Source: Eledone cirrhosa (lineage: Eukaryota). Taken from it: a stretch of DNA of 64,000 bases. The notes beneath the pieces are model-generated. The model made no database searches. It was not told the DNA's origin and saw only the letters and a program-made list of their open reading frames with translations. A program made the position numbers and the translations under genes. The stretch is taken from the NCBI GenBank assembly GCA_964016885.1, contig OZ024743.1, positions 358,236,001-358,300,000 on the forward strand, given 5' to 3'. This document shows positions 52,601 through 64,000 of the stretch, piece after piece (position 1 is the first letter of the stretch; every line of letters starts with the position of its first letter).

Positions 52601-54160
52601 TATGTGTTCTATCACGATTGACTATGCAGACGACTAATTTGTGATCTGAATAGGCAACCATGTGCATTCGTGGACAACTTAACATCTCCTTGTCCCTTTC
52701 TCTAATGAAGAACCTATCTAAATACGATCTAGATGTCCCGCTGCGGTTTGCCCACATCCACTGGTGCAGTCGGGAAATCCAGTCATACCTATCGGCCAGT
52801 TGGAATTGGCCGATTAAAGTTTTGAGGCTGTTGCACCCCCACCCCCTCTACTGGGACATGCTCCCACATAGCCCCATCGTGCATCTAGGATACCATTCCA
52901 GTCCCCCACTATAAGTAAGGCGCGAGACGTTCCCAAAAAAGACTCTAGACGCAGTCTGCCCGGTCGGGGCATAAACGGCCACTAGTCTGAAGGCTCCACC
53001 TCCAATACTGTTCACGTCTAGGACTACCAGTCTACCCTCCGGGTCCAAGTGTACTTGCTGTACTTCGACGTCCAGGTTCTTCCGAAACATGACAGCCACT
53101 CCCCCTCCACCTCCTGGCTGACAGAGAGATGCGTAGATCTCAAAGTCGTCGAAGATTGGCGTTAGTTGCTGCCTGTTGTGGATCCTGGGCATCCCGAGGC
53201 CACGCACATTCACGCTTCCAACTCGTAAACTAGCCATGTTGGTGAAGAAGAGTTGGAGAAAAAGGACGAAAAGGTGCACTTACCTTTTCGTTTCCTGGAG
53301 ATCGGGTTGTTCAATCTCCATTTGGGTGCTGGAGGAGGTGTTGGGTGGGGTGGGGAAACATTTTAACAGGACGCGGTTGATGGGTTTCTGGCAGGGGTTG
53401 CCCACGTCCTGCGAAAATTTATTTTTCAGGTCACTATAGGTCTCCATAGAAACCCTTATAAGTTTAAGGTGTGGAAACGATTCTGCCTTGACGAAAGTTT
53501 TGCCCTCCGTCTCTTGGGGTTTGGGGAGATGACCTCCACCGAAATATTTATTTTGTTGTTGTCGTCGATGACGACTTTTTCGGGTATTTTGGAGATTCCC
53601 TTTGGCCTCATCTGCATCAGAATCTCCAAATCAGTACCCGCCCACCTTTGTCTCATAGACTTCCGTATCGAAAAAATAGCATCAGTCTCTGGCTCCACGA
53701 AGCCAGCCAAGATCCACCAGATGTTAATGTTTGGTGGTATATTTTTTATTTTTATTTTTTGTGTCCTTTTTCCCATGTACGTAGGGGAAAAGGTGAATTC
53801 TTTTGACACCATTGGTGTCACAGAATGTTTTTGGGCGAGTGTCTCGCTTTTATACAGTACGGAAATACTTCCGTACTGTCTTCCTCGTTGAAGAAAGTCA
53901 ATATTTTCTAAAATCTTCTTCAAGGTGGCTTCTATGTCTCCTTGACTCACAAATACTGGCTTTCTCGTTGTGTTTGAGACAGTCCTGAAGGTCACTGTCC
54001 TTTGAACCGTCTCTTCTTTTATTTCGAGGCGTGAGTTGATTCTAAACCCACCCTTGTCTTCGAAAGTTACAAATTTTCTCCCTTGCTGGAGCATACCCCT
54101 TGCATTGGAGATGTCAAGATTTATAAAATCTTGTTTTTTGTTCACTGTTTCAGCGAAAGA

Positions 54161-54212
<52 letters not shown>

Positions 54213-54238
54213 GCTGTTGCTGCTGCTGCTGCTGCTGC

Positions 54239-54319
<81 letters not shown>

Positions 54320-54855
54320 CAGCCTCGGTGTTAGAAATCGCAATTTCTTGACGAGGTGAAATTTTATCTCTAGGTGTATCTATAGAGTTGGTGTTGTTGG
54401 ATTTTTCATGTGTATGTATATTAATAGGTTTAATTCCTCTGTTTTCCTGTGTATGCTGTGTGTTATTTTTCTCCGCTTCGACGGTAGAAATTTTAAAATG
54501 TTCAATTGGCAATATTTTTTTTTCTTTGTTGACAGTCGTATCCATGACGACGTCCATAGTGGCAGAAGTAGATATAACGTTAATATCTGCCTTTCTACCT
54601 CTCTTCCCTCTGTCGACGTTCTCCGGCGTTCTTTCCGAGTTATTCATGTTTTATAGTCGGCAAAATTTGATTTTTTTTTAACAATTTTTAAATTAAATTT
54701 TCGCCCCTAAAGGGGCGAAAAATGGGATTACCACCCAGCTGACAATTCAGCTTGGGGGTTAATCTACAAAATGATATGTTTTTTCAAACAATTAGTTCAG
54801 TTTTTTGTATAGAAATTTACAAAAAAGCTTACCAGCGATGTTCCACGCGTCAGGC
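49628..54855 (-). mobile_element. Tx1-group LINE copy D, both ends present, frameshifted; ORF1 (54647-53280) lacks the knuckle by deletion and has an (AAC)n expansion; ORF2 53237-49879
   Basis: ORF fragments 49879-50688, 50732-51463, 51616-52074, 51912-52757, 52848-53279, 53456-54343 and 54150-54647 are all homologous to copy C. Confidence 0.93.

Positions 54856-54928
<73 letters not shown>
54856..54928. repeat. (GATA)n spacer between copies D and E
   Basis: Direct reading. Confidence 0.97.
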
Positions 54929-55163
54929 TGTTGCTTTATTAGCCACAGGGCCAAATACAAAGGGGGAAGTTTACATACAATAAAACGTGTAAAATGTTAT
55001 CACAAATGCAATTTAAAAAATTAGTCGATTTTCCCCAATAGGGGGAGACAGTTCATATGGGTAACACATACCCCCGAAAAAATGTGCAACCCTCATCTCC
55101 AGGAGTACGAAGAGTTTGTACTCCTTTCCTCTCCTCCTCCTTTTCCTCAACCTACAGGCTGAT
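54929..55163 (-). mobile_element. Tx1-group LINE copy E, extremely 5'-truncated (3' UTR plus the last few ORF2 codons)
   Basis: 3' UTR homology. CTACAGGCTGATATAGA (reverse of ...YISL*) runs directly into (GATA)n at about 55165-55177. Confidence 0.88.
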
Positions 55164-55177
55164 ATAGATAGATAGAT

Positions 55178-58100
55178 TTCTATTTATTGCCACTAGGGCG
55201 CAAAAGAAGGGAACAAATACAAGGGGGAGTTTACACAAAAAGGCGAGTAAAGAAAACAAATAACAAATATAAAATTAACAATAAAGACCTCAATAGGGAA
55301 AAAAGTGTGCAACCCCTTCTCCTCAGGAGCACAGAGAGGGGGTGCTCCCTCGTTCCTTCCTCTTTTCCACCTACAGGCTGATGTAGAGAGAAGGCCCATT
55401 CACACGGGCCATTCTCGCCACTTTCACCCACCTTTCATAAAAACGACTGGGGTTGAGCATCTCTCTCTCCATCCTGATCCTTCTTCCGAAATGATATCGG
55501 AAGAAACGGATCAGTTGTTGGCCAGAGAGAAAGGTACCTGACCTGAGTCCTTTCTGACGCGTCCACCATACAACCTCTTTCACCATGGCTATTACGCACA
55601 GAAACACCGCCTCTCCTTCATTTCTTGTCAACCGGATCGGTCCCACCCGTGATAGCAGTCGTTCGGCATAGCCCCACAGATCGGCTACGCCCGAGCAGTG
55701 TACCAATGCGTGTACAACGGTTTCCTCGTCGCACACGCCGCATCTGGGACAGATCTTTTTGGCGGAGTCCCTACTCGGGCGCCCGTGTCTGTAGAGCTTT
55801 TCTCGAACGGGTAGAGCCCCTCGGTAGCACTGCCAGGCCAGGGACTTCTGGAAGTTGTCCATAGGTCCCGGGCTGAATGTCCTACCGAACAGGCTGGCCA
55901 GTTCGTCTTCCTCCATGTCTAGGGCTTCTCCGAGGGCGTCGTCGCACCTGCTGCGTACCAGCCCTCTATAGAATGTCGCGGTGGAGTCTCCACTGAAAAC
56001 CGGGTCTTCCTGCCAGAAGGCCGTGGGCGCCTGGGCACACTCAGTGTGCCAGGCGCCCAATTTTCTCGGTCTTTGCTTGACCTAGGATTGCAGCTCGGTG
56101 AGTGAGACGAGTCTGGAAAAGGTTCGTCTCACAAACGGGGCCCACACCGGTTGACCGGTGAGGAATACGTGGAGGTGTCGTAGCCTTAATGCGTGTTTAC
56201 GCATCATTAGCCACGGCATCCCCAGCCCTCCTTTCGAAGGGTGTTGACAGCAGATGGATCTCCTCACCAAAGGAGCCCGCTTCTTCCAAAGGAATTGGAA
56301 GAGTGCGCGCTCCATCTTGGCGAGGGTTTCCCTTGGGCAAGGCACGACGGTCAGGCGGCAGTAGATGACGGACGCTATATAGGTGTTCGCCACCTCCGCC
56401 CGACCTTTCAGGGATAGTTTGCAACTGGACCACTTCTGGGTCAGTGCAAACACCCTGTTCGTAACCTCACCCCAGTTCTTCTCCACCTGGAGGTCTGGTC
56501 CGAACCAGACCCCGAGCAACTTCACCGAGCCCTCCGTCCAGCGTCCGACGACGCCATCGGAGGGCATCGGTTTGCCCCTCTACGTGCCGAGTTGCAAACC
56601 GATCGACTTGTCCCGGTTCAGCTTAGCCCCTGTGAACCTTTCGTACTCCTCCAGTAAGGTGCCGATCGCCCCGATTTCGGAGGCCGTCGACACCATTACT
56701 GTCACGTCATCGGCGTAGGCCGACACCGCTTTCCGCAATCCCGGTTCCAAAGGGATGCCCTGCAACAACTCCAACTTCCGTAGTAGTGGCTCGAGAGTCA
56801 ATACATACAGAATGGAGGAGAGAGGGCACCCTTGTCGGATGGACCGCGCGATTTCGAACGGCTCAGAGAGGTAGCCGTTCACCTTGACTCTAGAGCAGAT
56901 GCGGCTGCTGTGCATAGCAGTGATCCAGCCCCTGAAAACAGGTCTGAAGCCTGCCGCCGCTAGCACCGCATCCAGGTAACCATGGTCGACCCTATCGAAC
57001 GCCTTAGATTGATCCAAGTTGATCAGGGCCCCACCAAAGCCGGGTTCGTTCCCAACCCTCTCTATGATGAATCGCATGAGGTGGAGGTTGTCGTGGATGG
57101 ACCTGGACGGGATAGCACATGTCTGCGCATCTCCCACCAGGTTGCCCACGACAAACGCCAACTTCTTTGCTAGCACCTTGGCCAAAATATGTAACTCTGT
57201 ATTTAGCAGAGTTATGGGCCTGAAGTTACTTATTTCGTCTCCCTTGTTCTCGTCCTTCCTCACTAGCGTGACTACGCCCTTGGTCACAGAACAGGGAATT
57301 CTCCCGTTCTGTTGCCTGTTGCAGTAGACGGCCTCGAGGAGATCGGGGAACAAGTCCGGCATAGCTAGATATAGTTCGTATGGAAGACCATCGAGACCCG
57401 GGGATTTGCGTTTGCCGCATTGGCTCAGCACGTCCTCTATCTCAGCGGCTGAAATCGGCTCCTCGCAGGACTTCGCCTCCTCGTCCGAAAGACACGGCAA
57501 GCCGTCGAGGTATGGACCGAAGTCCACTCCCCCAACCGGCTCCCCGCCCCTTCCGAACAATCGGGCAAAGTGCCTTTGAAAGGCCTCACACACCTGCTTA
57601 GGTTCAAGGATCGTCCGTCCATCCTGGTCTCGCAAAGACTGGATGGTGGATTTAATTCCACTCTTGGCTTCTGTCACGCGGGCCCAGCTAACAGCTTTGG
57701 TCCCTTCGTTCCCTATAGCACGTATTTTACTTCGAACAACGCAGCCTTCGTGCTTCGCGTCGAAAAACTGGCTCAAAGCCGTTCTCGACGCTAGCACTCT
57801 GGCCACGTCGCCGCTTCTAATTGCCTCTTCTACTCTATCTATCAGCTCCCTTTCCTTCCTATTCCTATCCGCAGCTAGAACCTTACTAAATTCTATCGAG
57901 ACTAATCTAATCTCTCTCTTTAGAGATACCCACCACCTGATGTTGACGATCGCTCCAGTCAACCGCTCCTTAACTAACGTACTAATCCGGTCTCTGTAAG
58001 CTTTACTTGCCGGTAAGGACAAGTTCAGCTTCCAGTAACCGGGACCCTGTCTATGCATTCTATCAAGGTTGACCATGCAGGTCACCAACTTGTGGTCTGA

Positions 58101-60812
58101 ATAGCCAACCATGAACATTTCTGGACAACTTAAAAAGTCCCTGTCCTTATTTCTAACTAAGAACCTATCTAGGTACGATCTAGATTGACCGCTACGATTT
58201 GTCCAAGACCAGGTTGGCACCGTCGGAAAATCTAGTCGAAATCTATCGGCCAGGTCAAATCGGCCGAGTAACCCCTTGAGGCTTTTACACCCCTCTATAT
58301 CGGTACATGCCACTGCATAGTCCCAACGTGCATCAAGGATACCATTCCAGTCCCCCACTAAAAGCAGGGAACGGGACGTCCCTAGAAAAGACTCCAGACG
58401 TTGGAAGAAGTCGGACCGCTCTGTCCCAAAAGGGGCATATGCGGCTACCAGCCTAAAGGCTCCACCTTCACCACTGCCAAGATCCAACACCACCAGTCGA
58501 CCCCCTGGGTCCAAGTGAACTATCTGTGTGGCGAGACCCAGATGTTTTTGCAGCAGAACGACAACCCCACCCCCACCTCCGGGCTGACAGAGAGATGCGT
58601 GCATCTCAAAGTCATCAAAGGTCGGGGCTAGCTGTCGCACGCTGCTGATCCGGGCCTCGCAGATAACCATCACATTTATAGATCGTGACCTGAGGTCATT
58701 TAGAAGCATTGCTTGCTTCCAAGGTGAGCCCAGGCCACGCGCATTTAGACACCCTACTCTCAGCACAGCCATGTTGGTGGTAAGGAGAAAAGGCACTTAC
58801 CTCTCTGCGTCCCGGGGAGCGGGCCGCTCAATTTCCATGAGGGTTGGGGATGGGTTGTTGGGTGGGGTGGTGGTTTGTGGAAATGTAGGGGCATCAGTGT
58901 GTTGTGGAGTTGGGTGTTTGTAGTTGAGTGGGTGTCTGAGTAGGGGGTGGGGACATTTTTTAGGAGGACGCGGTTGATTGGCTTGATGCAGGGGGGGGGG
59001 GGCACGTCGTCAGTGAAATTTATTTTCAACGTTTTGTATAAGTTCATTGGGACTTTAATCATTTGTAAATGAGGTAGTCCCACAGCAGTTAGAAAGTTAG
59101 GCCCTTCAGTTTGGACCGAAGGGTTTGACGAAATTGTGTTCATTAGTTCTTTGTTGTTTGTGTTCATGAATGTATATTGTAAAGTCTTTTTTTGCGTTGC
59201 AGTTAGTGTTGTGTGACGGGGAGGGGTGGTTTGTATATAGTTTGTTTTCTCTTGGGGAGGGTTTATGTTAATAAGTGTGTCTGTGGTGCGCCTCCTCTTC
59301 TTTCTTTTTACTATTTGGAAGGGATCTTTTTCGTCTTGCGACGAAAGGGGTTCGTCTTCCTTGTTGGGTGGGAGGGGTATATTTTCTAGTAGTGTTTGCG
59401 GTGTGTGTGTTTTTGTATTTGTTTTGGGTGGGGAGGGGTTGGGTGGGACAGTGTTCTGTGTTGTTTTTTCACGTGTTTGTTGTTGTTGTTGTGGTGGTGG
59501 TGTTGTTGGTTTTGTTGTTGTTGTTGTGGTTGTTTTTGTTGTTGTTGTTGGGGTGGTGGTGGTGTTGGTTGTTTTTGATGTTGTTGTTGGGGTGTTGGTA
59601 GCAATGGTTTTTTCGGTGTGAGCTGGGGACAGGCAGCCCTCAGGTGACCTCTGTTGCCACAGAGGTAACAGGAGGGACGCCTACCCTCCACAATAATGTT
59701 GAGGTGGGTACGGTCATCCAGCATGACGCGTTCAGGGATTTGGGCGATACGTTCTGGCCTTATTTGGGTCAGAACTTCAATGCTCGTTCCACTGAATGCG
59801 TCGCCGGATGCCTTCCCTATTGATATAAGGTTGTCCTCGTCCAAGTTGAGGAAACCGGTTGGTAACCACCAGTAGTTTATGTTTGGGGTGATAGTGGTTA
59901 TCCTAATTCTTTGGGGTTTTTTACCCATGTAGGTTGGAAAAAAGGTGTAATGTGTGGAACGAATTGGCGACACAGAGTATTTTTTCGCCGCCAATTCGTC
60001 TTTCATCAATATGGATAAACTCCCATAGAGTTTATCCTTTTGTATGAAAATTGTCTTTCATAGCCTCTTTCAGGACCAACTGAATTTCAGCTTGAGATGG
60101 TTGCGCTGGTTTTCTTGTTTTGTTGGCAATTGTACGGAATACAACAGTTCGTAATTCCGTCTGTTTTTTTAGTTCTGGGGGCGAATTGATGGGAAAAGAT
60201 CCATTTTCGCCAAAAGATACATATTTTTTTGCTTTTTCAAGCATTTCTTTTGCATTTGTTATATCCTCAAGCACATAGGTGACTGATATTTTAGCAGTCT
60301 GTGCAAAAGATATTTTGTTTTCGTTGTTGGTGTTTGAGTTGTTCTGTTTCTCGTAGTTTGAGTTATTTTCATTTTTGTTGTTGTTGTCTTTCTCATTTGG
60401 TGCGTTGGTTTTGTCATTGTTAGTGTTTTCGTTGTAATTAATTGGGTTTGCACCCGTATTTACTTGTTTGCCCGGCATATCGCCTTTTACAAAGTCTTTT
60501 AAAACGTTGACGCGGGAAAGCAAAACGCTTTGTAACGCTTGCTTCTTTCTCACTTCTTCCTTAGTGAACGTGGTGTTTTCGTTCACACGTGCTACAGACA
60601 TGGCGTCAATTTTTTACCATGTGAGTCAGCAAAAATTTTTTGGAGTAGTTTTTACCCCCAAAAGGGGTAAAAATACGATGACCACCCGTCTACAGACCTA
60701 GCCGGCTGGTTAAAAGACACGAAGACAACACAATAAAGAGACAAAGACTTACTGTCAATAGGTAAAAATTCAAAAAGGCAGGAGCCGATGTTGTACGCGT
60801 CTATACTATGCG
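55178..60812 (-). mobile_element. Tx1-group LINE copy F, full length, lightly damaged (ORF1 60601-58797 frameshifted; ORF2 58772-55371 with two TGG>TAG stops and a short deletion)
   Basis: ORFs 56580-58796, 56082-56567 and 55371-56060 are in one frame. Knuckle CYLCGNRGHLRAAC. (GATA)n on both sides. Confidence 0.95.
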
Positions 60813-60833
60813 AGATAGATAGATAGATAGATA
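60813..60833. repeat. (GATA)n spacer between copies F and G
   Basis: Direct reading. Confidence 0.95.
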
Positions 60834-63800
60834 TCTTTCTTTATTTGCCACAGGGGCGTACAAAAATGGGACATTACAAAACGTGACGGCGGGGGTTTTA
60901 CATAAAATATTTAACAATGATAAATAACAATAAACTATATAAAAATAAAACAATTGAAATCCCCATAGGGGGGGGGGGGTAACGCTACTGCGGAGTTGTT
61001 TTACATCCCGTGGATAGAACAACCCTCAACACCAGGAACACGTTTTGTAGGTGTTCCCGTCTTCCCTCTGTTTATCTTCCTCAACCTACAGGTTTATATA
61101 CAGAGAAGGCCCATTCACCCGGGCCATTTTCGCCACATTCACCCACCGTTCAGCGAATTTACTGGGGTATAGCACCTCTCTCTCCACTCTCACCTCCCTT
61201 CTGAAGTGGTACTTAAAGAAGGGGATGAGTTGGTGCTTGCCCTCAGTCCTTTTAACCTCGTCCACCATATTACCTCTTTCGCCATAGCCACCAGAAAACC
61301 GCCTCTCCTTCATCCTTAAATGAAGGCGGCGGGTGATCCTCACGATGGACTCAGCTGACAACTGGATGCGTCCTACACGTGACAGTAGCTGTTCGACATA
61401 ATTCCACAGGTCGGTCACCCCTGAGCACTGAACAATTGCATGCAGAACGGTTTCGATGTCCTGGAAGTTATCCATAGGCGCTGAACGGAAAGTCCTCCCG
61501 AACAGACTGGTCAGTTCGTCTTCCTCGATGCCTAGAGTTTCCCCGAGAACATCGTCGCACTTATCCTCCACTAATCCCCTATAGAATGTCGAAGTGGAGT
61601 CTCCGCTGATTGCCGTTTCCGCTTGGTAGAGGGCTGTGAGCGCCTGAAAGCACTCGAGGTGCCAGGCGCCCATTTTCGGTCTTCGCTTGACCCAGGACTG
61701 CAGCTCTGTTAGTGAGACGAGTTGTGGAAGAGCTCGTCTCACAAACGACAGCCACACCGGTTCGCCGGTCAGGAACACCTGGAGATGGCGTAGCCTCAGC
61801 GCGTGTTTGCGCATCATCAGCCACGGCATGCCCAGCCCTCCGTTAGAAGGGTGTTGATAGCAGATGGATCTCCTCACCAATGGAGCCTGTTTCTTCCAAA
61901 GGAACTTGAAGAGTAGGCGTTCCATTTTGGTGAGGTATTCTCGAGGACAAGGCACGACTGTCAAGCGGTAATAGATGACGGACGCTATGTAGGTGTTCGC
62001 CACCTCCGCTCGACCTTTCAAGGAGAGTTTGCACTCAGTCCACTTCTGGGTGAGTGCAAACACCTTCGCCGTGACCTCGTTCCAGTTCTTGTCCACCTGG
62101 AGGTCTGGACCAAACCAGACCCAGAGCAATTTCCCCGGTCCTTCCGTCCAGCGTCCAGCGTCCAACGACACTGAAGGAAGGCATGGGTTTGCTTCTCCAT
62201 GTGCCGAGTTGCAAACCGACAGACTTGTTTGGGTTTAGTCTTTCTCCTGTAAACCTTTCGTATTCCTGTAATAGGTTGCCGATTACCCCGATTTCCGAGG
62301 CTTTCGACACCATTGTGGTTATGTCGTTGGCATAGGCCGACGCTGCTTTCCGCAGTCCTTGTTCGATCGGGATCTCCTGCAACAGCTCCAACTTCCGCAG
62401 TAATGGCTCGAGAGTCAGTACATACAGAATGGAGGAGAGAGGGCACCCCTGACGGATGGAACGCATGATTTGGAATGGCTCCGATAGGTAGCCATTCACC
62501 TTAACTGCCGAGCAGATGCTGGTATGCATAGCAGCGATCCAGCCTCTGAAGACAGGACCGAAGCCGGCCGCCTTGAGAACCGCTTCCAAGTATTGATGGC
62601 CGACCCTATCAAATGCTTTAGACTGATCTAAATTGATCAGAGCCCCACCGAAGCCAGGTTTACACCCTACCCTCTCTATGATGTATCGCATGAGGTGGAG
62701 GTTGTCGTGTATGGACCTGGTCAGGATTGCACACGTTTGCGCTTCCCCTACCAGATTCTCGAGGACAAGCGCCTCACTGCTAACACCTTGGCCAAAATAT
62801 TTAACTCTGTGTTGAGCAGAGTTATGGGCCTGAAATTGCTTATCTCATCCCCCTTGTTCTCATGTTTCCTTAACAGCGTAACTACGCCTCTGCCTACAGA
62901 ACTGGGAATTCTCTCGTTCTGCTGCCAGTTGCAGTAGACCGCTTCGAGGACGCCAGAAAACAAGTCTGGCATAACTATGTAAAACTCATAGGGTGATTTG
63001 CGTTTCCCACAGCTGTCCGCATCCGTGTTCGAAAGACGTGGTACGCCGTCGAGGTAGGAGCTGAAGCCCATCACCTCCCTTGACGTACCGCTTTGCCCAA
63101 ACAGTTGTGCAAAATGCTGCTGGAAGGCCGTGCACATCTGCTTGGATTCAAGTAGAATGCGTCCATCTTTGTCTTGCAAGGACCGAATTGTGGATTTGTT
63201 GCCACTTTTCACCTCTGCCACTCGGGCCCAGCTAACAGATTTGGCTCCCTCGTTTCTTAGAGCACGTGTTTTACTTCTGACAATACAACCTTCGTGTTTC
63301 ACGTTGAAGAACTGGTCTAGTGCCGTTCTCGCCGCTAGCACGTCAGCTGTACTGCCATTCCTAAGGGCCTCTTCTACTTTAGCTACCAGTTCCTTTTCGG
63401 TTTTGTGTTTTTCTAAAGCTACTTCCTTGCTAAATGCTATCGATTCTATTCTAATTGCTCACTTGAGAGATCTCCACCACCTGTTGTTGACGATCGCCCC
63501 CGTCAACTGGCATTTAACTAAGGTGCTAATCCGTTTACTGTAGGCCTTACGCGCCGGAAGCGACATGTTTAGCTTCCAGTATCCGGGTCCCTTCTGTGTG
63601 TTCTATCAAGGTTGACTACGCAGGTGACTAATTTGTGGTCTGAATAGGCAACCATGTGCATTTGTGGACAGCTTAATGTTTCCTTATCTTTCTGTCTAAT
63701 TAAAAATCTATCTAAATACGATCTAGAAGACCCAGTGCGGTTGCTCAACGTCCACAGTGGTACACTTGGGAAGTCTAGTCGATATCTATCAGCCAGTTGG

Positions 63801-64000
63801 AATTGGCTGACGAGGTTTTTGAGGCTATTACATCCACCTCTATTATCACAAGCTCCTACATAATCCCAACGTGCATCTAAGATGCCATTCCAGTCCCCCG
63901 CTAACACTAAGGAGCGAGACGTTCCCAGGAATGGCTCCAGGCGCTTGAAGAACTCTGGTCGCGATGTCCCAGTCGGGGCATATACGGCCACCAGTCTGAA
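60834..64000 (-). mobile_element. Tx1-group LINE copy G, frameshifted ORF2, continues beyond the window
   Basis: ORF fragments 61086-62171, 62035-62691, 62748-63341 and 63569-63991 are homologous to ORF2 of copy C. Confidence 0.93.

Noticed and set aside
43834-63863. Many plus-strand ORFs overlapping the Tx1 copies (e.g. 45043-45378, 47863-48618, 49834-50844)
   Set aside because: They are antisense shadows of GC-rich coding sequence, recurring only because ORF2 is conserved.
43751-64000. CRISPR-like or LTR-element reading of the repeat-separated array
   Set aside because: The spacers are homologous multi-kb LINEs and the repeats are a variable-length microsatellite. There are no cas genes, LTRs, integrase or protease.
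43751-64000. Telomeric retrotransposon array
   Set aside because: There are no TTAGGG-type repeats in the window. Chromosomal position cannot be judged, so only the analogy is kept.

Overview
Eukaryotic, AT-rich, microsatellite-dense, essentially gene-free DNA. The SINEs and repeat landscape look like an octopus/cephalopod genome (inference). No host protein-coding gene can be supported. The main feature is a set of seven Tx1-group (L1-clade) non-LTR retrotransposon copies, all on the minus strand, each bounded by (GATA)n/(TATC)n at every element end that survives. Two lie at 16.9-22.8 kb. Five form a head-to-tail train from about 43.8 kb off the right end (>20 kb), including one copy with intact ORF1 (625 aa, CCHC knuckle) and ORF2 (1145 aa, APE-RT-CCHC). 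The divergent copies keep covarying RNA structures: a double hairpin in the 5' UTR and a hairpin plus pseudoknot in the 3' UTR. They also keep an AG|GTARGT motif over the ORF1 stop. Separately, five fold-back elements (four bracketed by (TA)n) carry complete or partial minimal hammerhead ribozyme motifs, consistent with Penelope-like pLTR relics. Also present are a DD37D (maT) transposon, several RTE fragments (one with three C2H2 fingers), decayed R4/Dong-like and other LINEs, hAT and pogo-like MITEs, and about 16 tRNA-derived SINEs. Coordinates were read by eye and may be off by a few bases.
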